From Minisyncoccota bacterium (GTDB lineage Bacteria > Patescibacteriota > Minisyncoccia > Moranbacterales > GCA-2747515): a DNA stretch of 32,083 nucleotides. The position numbers were made by a program, and so were the translations under genes. The stretch covers positions 1-32,083 of the forward strand of contig CALIRC010000010.1 of the NCBI GenBank assembly GCA_938044295.1, read 5' to 3'. Shown here piece by piece: positions 7,754 through 15,571 of the stretch. Each line of letters begins with the position of its first letter. Position 1 is the stretch's first letter. Under the pieces are notes generated by a model. The model was not told the DNA's origin. It saw only the letters and a list, made by a program, of their open reading frames with translations, and ran no database searches.

Positions 7754-8572
7754 TTAATGACCCCGCACTGCACCAATTGCAGTAAAAAAATCATTTGCAA
7801 TTTCATAGTACGCTTTTGCAAGCTCACGACCACCCTCTTTTGGGTCAGCACGTCTAGCGACGAAACTGAGACTCTTAAGTGCGATATCAATATTTCCGTC
7901 AATACCGCGATATTCAAAAGCTTCATGCAGCATTCTTTTAAGATGTCTCGTATCATTCTCTAAATGCTCAGCATAAAGAAATGCGTAGTGCAAGTCATAG
8001 GTTTTGCCTTCTGCAACAAATGCATGCATGCCAACTACCGCTGCTTCTAATTGCTGGTAACGGATTGTACGAAGACTAAATTCCTTTGAATGAAAAGCCT
8101 TGAGCATTACATTTTTTTTTGCAGCATACAAACGGCGAAGCTCCTGAGGGTCACTATAAAATGCTCGAAAATGCCCCTCAAGTGAAGCAGAAGATGCTTC
8201 TAATTGCGCTTGCAAAACTGTGCTTACTTTGCTCATCACCTGAAAGCGGCATCCATAAGAATATTTCCCAAGAATCGCCTTACAAAAGACATCATCTTCT
8301 ATAGAGCCGATGACATCAGTACGCCAGTTAGACAATATGAGCCATACATACTCATCAGAAAGAGTTTTTTCCGCAATCAAACGTGTCATAGCGTTCGTTG
8401 CATTTTCAACTAATTCTTCGTTTGATTTGGGCTGCGATATAACTATTCCTAGAAGGAATAAAAAGGTAAGTACTGCAATTAACACACGTGAAGAAAAAGA
8501 AGAAAAGGGGAGTAATTTCAAGAGATCAGAGAGGTCTCCATCATATCGATTCGACTTATTTGTAAGGTACAT
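7754..8572 (-). CDS. hypothetical membrane-anchored protein
   Basis: Long ORF with one TM segment. Start placed at ATG 8572 after CCAGGAG; TTGACT-N17-TATTAT promoter at 8624-8652 (-). Confidence 0.7.
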   Translation of the reverse strand: MYLTNKSNRYDGDLSDLLKLLPFSSFSSRVLIAVLTFLFLLGIVISQPKSNEELVENATNAMTRLIAEKTLSDEYVWLILSNWRTDVIGSIEDDVFCKAILGKYSYGCRFQVMSKVSTVLQAQLEASSASLEGHFRAFYSDPQELRRLYAAKKNVMLKAFHSKEFSLRTIRYQQLEAAVVGMHAFVAEGKTYDLHYAFLYAEHLENDTRHLKRMLHEAFEYRGIDGNIDIALKSLSFVARRADPKEGGRELAKAYYEIANDFFTAIGAVRGH

Positions 8573-8683
8573 ACTGTACTCCTGGTGAAAGAAGGAAAAA
8601 AACTTGGAATCCAAGCTGAAAATATAATAGTATATTTCAAAGAAAAAGTCAAGTAATTTGTCCGCGGATGTATGTATATAGTA

Positions 8684-8804
8684 TTGGACTTACGCACGCG
8701 AATATAATTCTAGGCTAAATCAAGGCTTTCACGAGCCATAGTCTAATTATGGTGAGGAAAAACGTAGGTTTTAACGATAAAGTACACCAAATACGTAAGT
8801 CCTA
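8684..8804. repeat. MITE/REPIN-like element, copy 2 (longer form)
   Basis: GGACTTACG ... CGTAAGTCC terminal inverted repeat; central CCATA/TATGG hairpin; homologous to 2213-2291. Confidence 0.75.
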
Positions 8805-8839
8805 TAATCATAAAGCTGATATGTAAGCGAAAGTTGAGG

Positions 8840-8868
8840 TGAAAGAAAAATCTAAGAACAACGTACTA
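8840..8868 (+). promoter_or_regulatory. putative ECF (SigW-like) promoter TGAAAG-N16-CGTA
   Basis: tgaaag aaaaatctaagaacaa cgta cta. Confidence 0.7.
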
Positions 8869-8989
8869 GAGAGTGTGGACACAAGAAGGATACTGAAATA
8901 CTCAAATCGCTACGCGAGCGAAATGATGGAAGACCTCAAGTATCATCTTTTATGTCCTGAGGTCACATCTTAAGTAAATAAGCTAATAT

Positions 8990-9601
8990 ATGAACAAAAA
9001 AGTAAAAAATCCAAAAATTGCAAAAGATCGTAAAAAGTATAGAAAACGCGTGATGATTGGTGGTGCTCTAGGTGTTGTATCTTTGGCAACTACAGGAATC
9101 GCAAATGCACATCTCGGGAACAACCCAGAGACGCGACAAGCAGTAAAAGCGGCATTTGAAGCCAAAAATTACAATGCCTTCATGGAAGCTGCAAAAGACA
9201 CAAAAATCATTGAAAAAATTGATACCCAAGAGAAATTTGATAAAGTCATCGAAGCGCATGTACTAAGAGAAGCAGGAGATCTCGAAGGAGCAAAAGCGAT
9301 CAAGCAAGAGCTCGGTCTCGATGGTCACGGTCACCGCGGAAAGAAAAATCCAGCAGCAAAAGCAGCTATAGAAGCAAATGACTATACTGCATTTCGCGAG
9401 GCTATAAATGGCGGAAAATTCAGTGAAAAGATTGACAGCGCAGAAAAATTTACCAAACTTGTAGAGGTGAACGAGCTCAGAGCTCAAGGCAAACACGAAG
9501 AAGCAAAAGTAATCATGAAAGAGCTAGGGTTTGAGAAATCAGGGCATGGAAAAAAAGGTCACCATCGCACACATACCAGAGGAACAACACAATCAGAATA
9601 A
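8990..9601 (+). CDS. exported protein with two ~65-aa helical repeats and His/Gly-rich linkers
   Basis: Signal peptide-like N-terminus (..TTGIANA|H). Repeats KAAFEAKNYNAF..EKIDTQEKFDK..ELGL and KAAIEANDYTAF..EKIDSAEKFTK..ELGF. Confidence 0.85.
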   Translation: MNKKVKNPKIAKDRKKYRKRVMIGGALGVVSLATTGIANAHLGNNPETRQAVKAAFEAKNYNAFMEAAKDTKIIEKIDTQEKFDKVIEAHVLREAGDLEGAKAIKQELGLDGHGHRGKKNPAAKAAIEANDYTAFREAINGGKFSEKIDSAEKFTKLVEVNELRAQGKHEEAKVIMKELGFEKSGHGKKGHHRTHTRGTTQSE

Positions 9602-9693
9602 GTAAAAAAGACACAACAGTCACAAAAAAATATGCCAAAAAATACCCGAGTCAAAAGTGTATGGTAAGTTACCAGAATCGATAGATGTAAAGC

Positions 9694-9726
9694 ACACAAA
9701 ACAGGCCTCTGTAGCCTGTTTTGTGT
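9694..9726 (+). terminator. intrinsic terminator
   Basis: ACACAAAACAGGC-ctctgta-GCCTGTTTTGTGT. Confidence 0.8.
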
Positions 9727-9929
9727 TAATATAAAAATACTATGGGAAAAATACGAGACTACATAAGAGAAAAGTGTGCAGCAATACTGCTCAGAATCTT
9801 GTATTGGCTCGGATACGACGACAAAGGACACTAATGCACATACAGAAAGAAAAATGCATTGAGAAAGCCTTGATGAAATAAATATAGTTTGATAGGGTTT
9901 ATATGATCGTTCTACGAGGAGGGTAAACC

Positions 9930-10559
9930 ATGAAAGATGTAGATTTTTGGAAGTATGCCTTGAAGCATTTAAAGGATGAAAAAGTGCAATTGTGTTTTAA
10001 ACCTAATAAATTTTCATTGAGAGGTCTTCGTGCACTTAAAAACTCTGGTTTGCAGTGCAGCAAGCAAGCAGTAGGTGCTGTAGCAAAAGAATTGAAGAAG
10101 AAGAAACCAAATGCTTTATATTGCTGTCTGAATGTGCATAGTTGGGAAAATGTGTCAGATCAAGATTTGAACAGGATTATTGGATGTTGTCGCTCTATCC
10201 ATGGACATTCTTCAGAATTTCTACATTTTTCCGACGATCGCAAGGAAAGGATAAATGCAGGTAAGAATATCAGCAATAGGATTTTGCACTACAAAGACTG
10301 GGAAACAGTGGGTGAGTGGGGATACAGGTGTGCTATAGAGGTCACGTGCAATGATTTTGGGGCAATCGTTTTTGTGCTAACAGTGAGTCATAAAGATCGA
10401 TCTTCACAAGTAGAGGATATGATCGTGCAATTGGATAGTGTGACAAGAAAACTGACAAATTCCTATACGAGAACGGTGAATGAATGTGTATACCTGCCTA
10501 AAGTTGTAGAAATAGTCTTAGAGGTTATCGAGGCTAGAGAAAATAATAGGACTGTTTGA
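9930..10559 (+). CDS. hypothetical protein
   Basis: 209-aa ORF with a strong SD (GAGGAGGG); no family recognised. Confidence 0.7.
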   Translation: MKDVDFWKYALKHLKDEKVQLCFKPNKFSLRGLRALKNSGLQCSKQAVGAVAKELKKKKPNALYCCLNVHSWENVSDQDLNRIIGCCRSIHGHSSEFLHFSDDRKERINAGKNISNRILHYKDWETVGEWGYRCAIEVTCNDFGAIVFVLTVSHKDRSSQVEDMIVQLDSVTRKLTNSYTRTVNECVYLPKVVEIVLEVIEARENNRTV

Positions 10560-10764
10560 TTTTGCAAAAAAGTGAGTGTATGATTTCGATAAAGTAAGTA
10601 AGAATGAGTACACACGGTAAGACTGCGTATGAAAATATTACGCAGTTTTTAAATACTGAGCACTCATGTAAAATAGATCATCATTTTTATTTATGTTACA
10701 ATAATACTCGTAAAAGCAAATATGGAATGCTTATAAATCTTAAATGAAAGGGGGTGCACACATT

Positions 10765-11076
10765 ATGGAAGGATTCAAAAATTTTTTAGCAGAGCAAGGT
10801 GTAGTCGGTCTCGCAGTTGGCTTCATCCTCGGTGGAGCTGTGTCTGATCTTGTTGCGTCAATCGTTGAGAACATTCTCAATCCGCTGATAGGAATCGCAC
10901 TCGGTGATACAAACCTCGATGCAATGGATCTATCTCTCGGAGGTGAGGCTGTGTTGAGTTACGGAGCTGTATTAACCGTACTGATCAACTTCATCGTCAT
11001 TGCAGCGTTTGTCTACTGGGGTGTAAAAAAACTTGGACTCGACAAACTAGACAAAGAAAAACCAGAAGACGCATAA
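10765..11076 (+). CDS. mscL: large-conductance mechanosensitive channel MscL
   Basis: MEGFKNFLAEQGVVGLAVGFILGGA..LV.SIVENILNPLIG ... YGAVLTVLINFIVIA. Start placed at 10765. Confidence 0.9.
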   Translation: MEGFKNFLAEQGVVGLAVGFILGGAVSDLVASIVENILNPLIGIALGDTNLDAMDLSLGGEAVLSYGAVLTVLINFIVIAAFVYWGVKKLGLDKLDKEKPEDA

Positions 11077-11109
11077 GCAATAGATGTTATCATCTTTGTA
11101 TGCAAATTT

Positions 11110-11142
11110 CAAAACTCGTCCACATGGGCGTGTTTTGTTTTT
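11110..11142 (+). terminator. mscL terminator
   Basis: CAAAAC(t)CGTCC-acat-GGGCG(t)GTTTTG followed by TTTTT. Confidence 0.65.
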
Positions 11143-11247
11143 AAAATACTTAAAAGTAGAGAGATTATAATAAAGAGGGTAAAGATTTATATTGCTATTA
11201 CATCACTATAAGAAAATGTGACACATCTTACAGGAAAAAATGAAGGG

Positions 11248-11276
11248 TTGACTTTTTCTAAGAGAGCTGCTATAAT
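11248..11276 (+). promoter_or_regulatory. near-consensus sigma70 promoter TTGACT-N17-(TGc)TATAAT with no adjacent ORF
   Basis: ttgact ttttctaagagagctgc tataat. Confidence 0.8.
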
Positions 11277-11352
11277 GATCTTACGATAAAGAACTGGGTG
11301 AAAATGTTTGATTAGAAAAAACATCTTCAAAAGTACAGAAGAAGAAAATTCT

Positions 11353-11377
11353 AAATGAGCATTTTGCTCATTTTTTT
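11353..11377 (+). terminator. intrinsic terminator ~70-95 nt after the 11248 promoter
   Basis: AAATGAGCA-ttt-TGCTCATTT followed by further T's. Confidence 0.7.
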
Positions 11378-11408
11378 ATTGTCTAAGTACATATTGTTCT
11401 ATCCATTA

Positions 11409-12158
11409 AAAAAGGGGGAGTGGTAGTCGAAGCTTATAAAGGATATTTAGGGAGCATTATGTACTGGAAGAGTACGTTAAAAAGTAAAACAAAAAGTTAT
11501 GTAACGTAAAGTATGGCGAAGCAATACAACTTACGACATGTAGTATGAGATTGCAGACTCAGTGCAATATCTAAACTGCCATACGCGCCTAGCGCAAGAG
11601 GAGAAAGATCAGGCAGATGGTAATTGTGAAAAGATACAAAAAGAACCATTGATCAATCCATAGGTACTTATAAGTACAAAGTAAGTATAATTGCCAATAA
11701 GCCCGGAGAGAATAAAATGTATTGCATACAGTCAGTGATACAAAAAAGAGAACTGGTTTGTATGTAAAAAGAATGCGCCCTGCACTTCGCATGACCTCAG
11801 TGTCATATGGAAGTCACAGGAATCGCGTGTTATAGAATGATTCGTACAATTTGTGTTCGTGTGCCAGGCAATGGCCAAAATAATTGTCACCTCATAAGCG
11901 TCAAGGACCTTATAGCAAGTCAGTATGCTAAGGATCGAAAAACGCCACAGGTGAGTGATGAACGAAACTTTGCTCGTTCTCACTCACCTCCTTCTTTTTA
12001 CTTCCTAAAGTAATATCGATAGGAAAGTTGTGAACGCAAAACATACAGTATGGCATCCTTCTCTGGTTGAATAGCAAGGTACAGTTTGGCATCAGAGATG
12101 ATCTCTGGCTACCGCTTGGTGGGTTTGCGACAATCGCAACTCTCCTTGTATTTTTTTT
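11409..12158 (+). ncRNA. candidate large structured non-coding RNA (family not recognised)
   Basis: No credible ORF. More than 15 helices found by eye, with G-U pairs favouring the + strand. Long-range helix 11409-11418/11990-11999; ends in a multi-hairpin module plus T8. Confidence 0.6.
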
Positions 12159-12272
12159 CAAAAACCGCGTCTACACACATGCTGTGGGGGAGCAGGTAAA
12201 ATCTACCGAGAAATAGTGTTAGAATAATATTGCGCGGTGTACAGGATCACTAAATTTATAATACAATGATAT

Positions 12273-13310
12273 ATGTCTCTAATAACACTCAGACAATTAC
12301 TAGATCACGCAGCAAAAGAAACCTATGCAGTACCAGCATTCAACGTGAATAACCTCGAGCAAGTACAAGCTGTTATGGAGGCAGCTGATGAATGTGATGC
12401 ACCTGTAATCATGGCAGCTTCTTCAGGAGCGAGGGATTATGCAGGGAATGAATTTCTTACGGGACTCATGCGTGCAGCAATAGAAACATATCCGCATATC
12501 CCTGTATGCACGCATCAAGACCATGGACTCTCACCAGAAATGTGCAAAAGCGCAATCGATCTCGGATTTTCATCAGCAATGATGGATGGATCACTCATGC
12601 CAGATCACAAAACACCATCAACCGAACAATACAATGTAAAAGTAACGAAAGAGGTAGTAGAGTACGCACACAAACGCGGTGCTAGTGTAGAGGGAGAGAT
12701 TGGTGTTCTAGGTTCACTCGAAACGCTTATTGCTGGCAAAGAAGACGGAGTAGGCGCCGAAGGTGAGCTCAATGAAGATATGCTTCTGACAAGCGTGGAG
12801 CAAGCGAGAGATTTCGCACAAGAGACAGGCGTAGATGCACTCGCCATCGCCATCGGTACGTCACATGGTGCCTACAAATTCAAAAAACCACCAACGGGTA
12901 AGGTGCTGCGGATTGACAGGCTAAAAGAAATACACGAAGCACTGCCACAGACACATCTCGTCATGCACGGCTCATCAAGTGTGCCACAAGATTGGCTTAA
13001 AACAATTAACGATCATGGTGGTGCAATGCCACAAACCTATGGTGTACCAGTAGAAGAAATTCAAGAAGGTATTGAGCATGGTGTGAGAAAAGTAAATGTA
13101 GACACTGATCTTCGCATGGCCTCAACTGGAGCCATACGCAAATACTTCCACGATGCGCCAGAACAGTTTGATCCCCGGAAATATTTAAAACAAGCGAAAG
13201 AAGCTATGAAAGCAATCTGTATCCAACGTTACAAAGAATTTGGCACTGCAGGTAACGCAAGTAAAATCACACCAGAATCATTAGATGATATGAAATCATT
13301 GTATAAATAA
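12273..13310 (+). CDS. fba: class II fructose-bisphosphate aldolase
   Basis: [71 protein letters not shown]. Confidence 0.96.
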   Translation: MSLITLRQLLDHAAKETYAVPAFNVNNLEQVQAVMEAADECDAPVIMAASSGARDYAGNEFLTGLMRAAIETYPHIPVCTHQDHGLSPEMCKSAIDLGFSSAMMDGSLMPDHKTPSTEQYNVKVTKEVVEYAHKRGASVEGEIGVLGSLETLIAGKEDGVGAEGELNEDMLLTSVEQARDFAQETGVDALAIAIGTSHGAYKFKKPPTGKVLRIDRLKEIHEALPQTHLVMHGSSSVPQDWLKTINDHGGAMPQTYGVPVEEIQEGIEHGVRKVNVDTDLRMASTGAIRKYFHDAPEQFDPRKYLKQAKEAMKAICIQRYKEFGTAGNASKITPESLDDMKSLYK

Positions 13311-13319
13311 GAGAATCCA

Positions 13320-13526
13320 ATGGACGCGCAAGAACTCAAAAAACGACTCGACGCCCAAGATGCTAAATTAGAAAGCATAGGAAAAGAGGTGCACAAAATT
13401 AAACAATTCTTCCTGTGGTCATTTATCGCAACAATCGTAACATTTGTTTTGCCACTGATTCTTGCTGTGGTTCTAGTACCAATCTTGATAAAACCTTACC
13501 TCAGTTCTCTCGAAGGTTTGATATAG
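13320..13526 (+). CDS. small membrane protein (coiled coil + TM)
   Basis: 68 aa, 9 nt downstream of fba; hydrophobic C-terminal half. Confidence 0.75.
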   Translation: MDAQELKKRLDAQDAKLESIGKEVHKIKQFFLWSFIATIVTFVLPLILAVVLVPILIKPYLSSLEGLI

Positions 13527-13651
13527 CTAAGATCAAAAGATAAATCTGTTGATAAGTATTATAAAACACTCATAAAAAATTTGTTTTTTCATGGAGCCTG
13601 TTTTACAATAAGAATATACACATACCTTTTGGTTGAAACAAGAAAACGAAA

Positions 13652-15514
13652 ATGAAAAATAAATTTCGTGGTTTAGGTGCATCGCGAGTAAACGGACGCG
13701 TTTACAGTTTTGTTGCCGACAAAAACAATCCTGCAGATACGTTTATCGTTCAGTCCAGTAGTGACGGACGTGTTTTCGTACCACACAGCTCCCAGGCGCG
13801 GATAAGCAGTGTAAATCTCCCAATCGATACGCTGGAAACCTGCTCACATTTTCATGTATCTTCCCACGATGACTACTATTACTTAACATACCAAGCAAGT
13901 AAAGCATCGCAGAAGTCACTTCTCCTCGCGCAGTCAACAGACTTGATTAACTGGGAGAAGATGACAGTTGTCTCAGAAGAAAAAACCAATGCAAAGGTGA
14001 TCCCAGAATATACATTCAAGGATCATCTCATGATGTACGCTGGCGGAAAGACAATTAGCCTCCTTGCATCGGACAATCTTATGCACTGGTATGAAGAAGC
14101 ACCAGATGTGATTGGCAGTGCAAAAGAGGGAAAAGAATACATTATAGCAGACATTAAAATCCTTGATGAAGGGATTTTTCTCATTTACTACGAAGCATTA
14201 CATGTTGGAGCTGAGTCAGCTCAGGCTTATAAGCTCAAAGCTGCACTTTTTCAGAGAGACAATCCGCGCAAAGTTCTGTGGAAGAGTAAGAGAAATCTCC
14301 ATAAAGTGCACGATGATGGAGAGAAACTCCTCCACCCTTTCGCGATGGTCACGCTCGACGATGCTTTTGTGGCATATTGGCAATCAGCAGATGATACACT
14401 GCAACTTTTCTATCATCAGTTTAAAGGATCACGTCTCGACATTGCGCACAAAGCAAAAGAAAAAAAGTGGAAAAAAGAAGAACTACCTCAACTCGAGCGG
14501 TCTGATGCTAATCCAATCATGGCGCCAAAGAAAGAACATGTGTGGGAATCAAAAGCAGCATTCAATCCAGCAGCAATTTTTGTCAACGGTGTTTTTCACA
14601 TACTCTATAGAGCGATTGGCGATGGTGATGTGTCAGTGCTGGGCTATGCGCAGAGTGAAGATGGTATAAACATTACAAAACGTTTAGATCATCCAGCATA
14701 TGTACCGAGGGAAATATTTGAAGGTGCCCTCAAACCACAAAATAAGGTAGACCACAAAAATTGGTCACCGTTCATGTCTGGTGGTGGAGCATGGGGTGGG
14801 TGCGAAGACCCGCGTCTAAATCGCATGGGAGATAGGATTTATCTCACATATGTCGCATATAACGGTTGGCAACCTCCACGCCTTGCAATGTCCTGGATTA
14901 CAATCACTGATTTCCTCGCGCATAACTGGAACTGGTCAAAACCAGTGCTCATATCTCCACCAGGTGTCGTGTCAAAAAGTGGATCGATGCTACCAGAAAA
15001 AATCGACAATCACTATGTATTTTTCCACAGAGTGTTCCCAGATATTCATATTGACTTCATCGACGACCTTGATCGTTTTGATGGAAAATCATTCTTCCTA
15101 AAGTGTAAGGAAAGCATAAAAGTACGTGAAGATCAGTGGGATGCAGGTAAGTTCTCCATGGGCGCACCACCAATGAAGACTAAAGATGGATGGCTTGTAA
15201 TCTATAGCGCCGTCTCTGGGAGGCAAGAGTGGAAGGGGAGTGATCTCAGATACAAAATTGGTGCAATGCTCCTCGATCTAAAAGATCCAACAAAAGTAAT
15301 TTATAGATCAAATGACGCAGTACTCGTACCAGAAACACATTACGAAAACGAAGGAGCAAAGCCAGGTATCATTTATCCATGCGGCGCAGCAATCAAAGAA
15401 AACACGCTATTCGTCTATTATGGAGGCGCAGATGAGTTTACGTGTGTCGCAACAGCAGATCTCCCTACATTTTTAGAAAAATTAAAAGTAACTGGTAAAA
15501 TAGAGAGTGAATAA
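13652..15514 (+). CDS. GH130-family glycosidase/phosphorylase with a degenerate N-terminal beta-propeller-like domain
   Basis: C-terminal half has NPIM, AFNPAA, ILYRA, GCEDPR, IIYPCGA, YYGGAD. The N-terminal half lacks EDPR. Confidence 0.85.
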   Translation: MKNKFRGLGASRVNGRVYSFVADKNNPADTFIVQSSSDGRVFVPHSSQARISSVNLPIDTLETCSHFHVSSHDDYYYLTYQASKASQKSLLLAQSTDLINWEKMTVVSEEKTNAKVIPEYTFKDHLMMYAGGKTISLLASDNLMHWYEEAPDVIGSAKEGKEYIIADIKILDEGIFLIYYEALHVGAESAQAYKLKAALFQRDNPRKVLWKSKRNLHKVHDDGEKLLHPFAMVTLDDAFVAYWQSADDTLQLFYHQFKGSRLDIAHKAKEKKWKKEELPQLERSDANPIMAPKKEHVWESKAAFNPAAIFVNGVFHILYRAIGDGDVSVLGYAQSEDGINITKRLDHPAYVPREIFEGALKPQNKVDHKNWSPFMSGGGAWGGCEDPRLNRMGDRIYLTYVAYNGWQPPRLAMSWITITDFLAHNWNWSKPVLISPPGVVSKSGSMLPEKIDNHYVFFHRVFPDIHIDFIDDLDRFDGKSFFLKCKESIKVREDQWDAGKFSMGAPPMKTKDGWLVIYSAVSGRQEWKGSDLRYKIGAMLLDLKDPTKVIYRSNDAVLVPETHYENEGAKPGIIYPCGAAIKENTLFVYYGGADEFTCVATADLPTFLEKLKVTGKIESE

Positions 15515-15571
15515 TAACTACTACCAGAACCAGAAGGCTAGCCAAATAAAAATAACCACTAATACAAAACT

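Noticed and set aside
11409..12158. Canonical tmRNA, RNase P RNA or group I/II intron call
   Set aside because: No TTCGA T-arm or ACCA end, no GAGGAAAGTCC P4 motif, no group II domain V and no group I P/Q/R/S elements were found by eye.
11589..12161. Short track ORFs 11589-11792, 11732-11983, 11807-12013 and 11928-12161
   Set aside because: They overlap one another, have atypical composition and show no recognisable motifs; likely spurious.
11941..12216. Protein-like frame (...GKL*TQNIQYGILLWLNSKVQFGIRDDLWLPLGGFATIATLLVFFFKNRV...) suggesting a pseudogene or TGA recoding
   Set aside because: It has no start codon and several stops upstream. Real genes here end in TGA (e.g. the ATGA overlap at 6887-6890), so code 25 does not apply. 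The dense helices explain the region better, though blastx should still be run.
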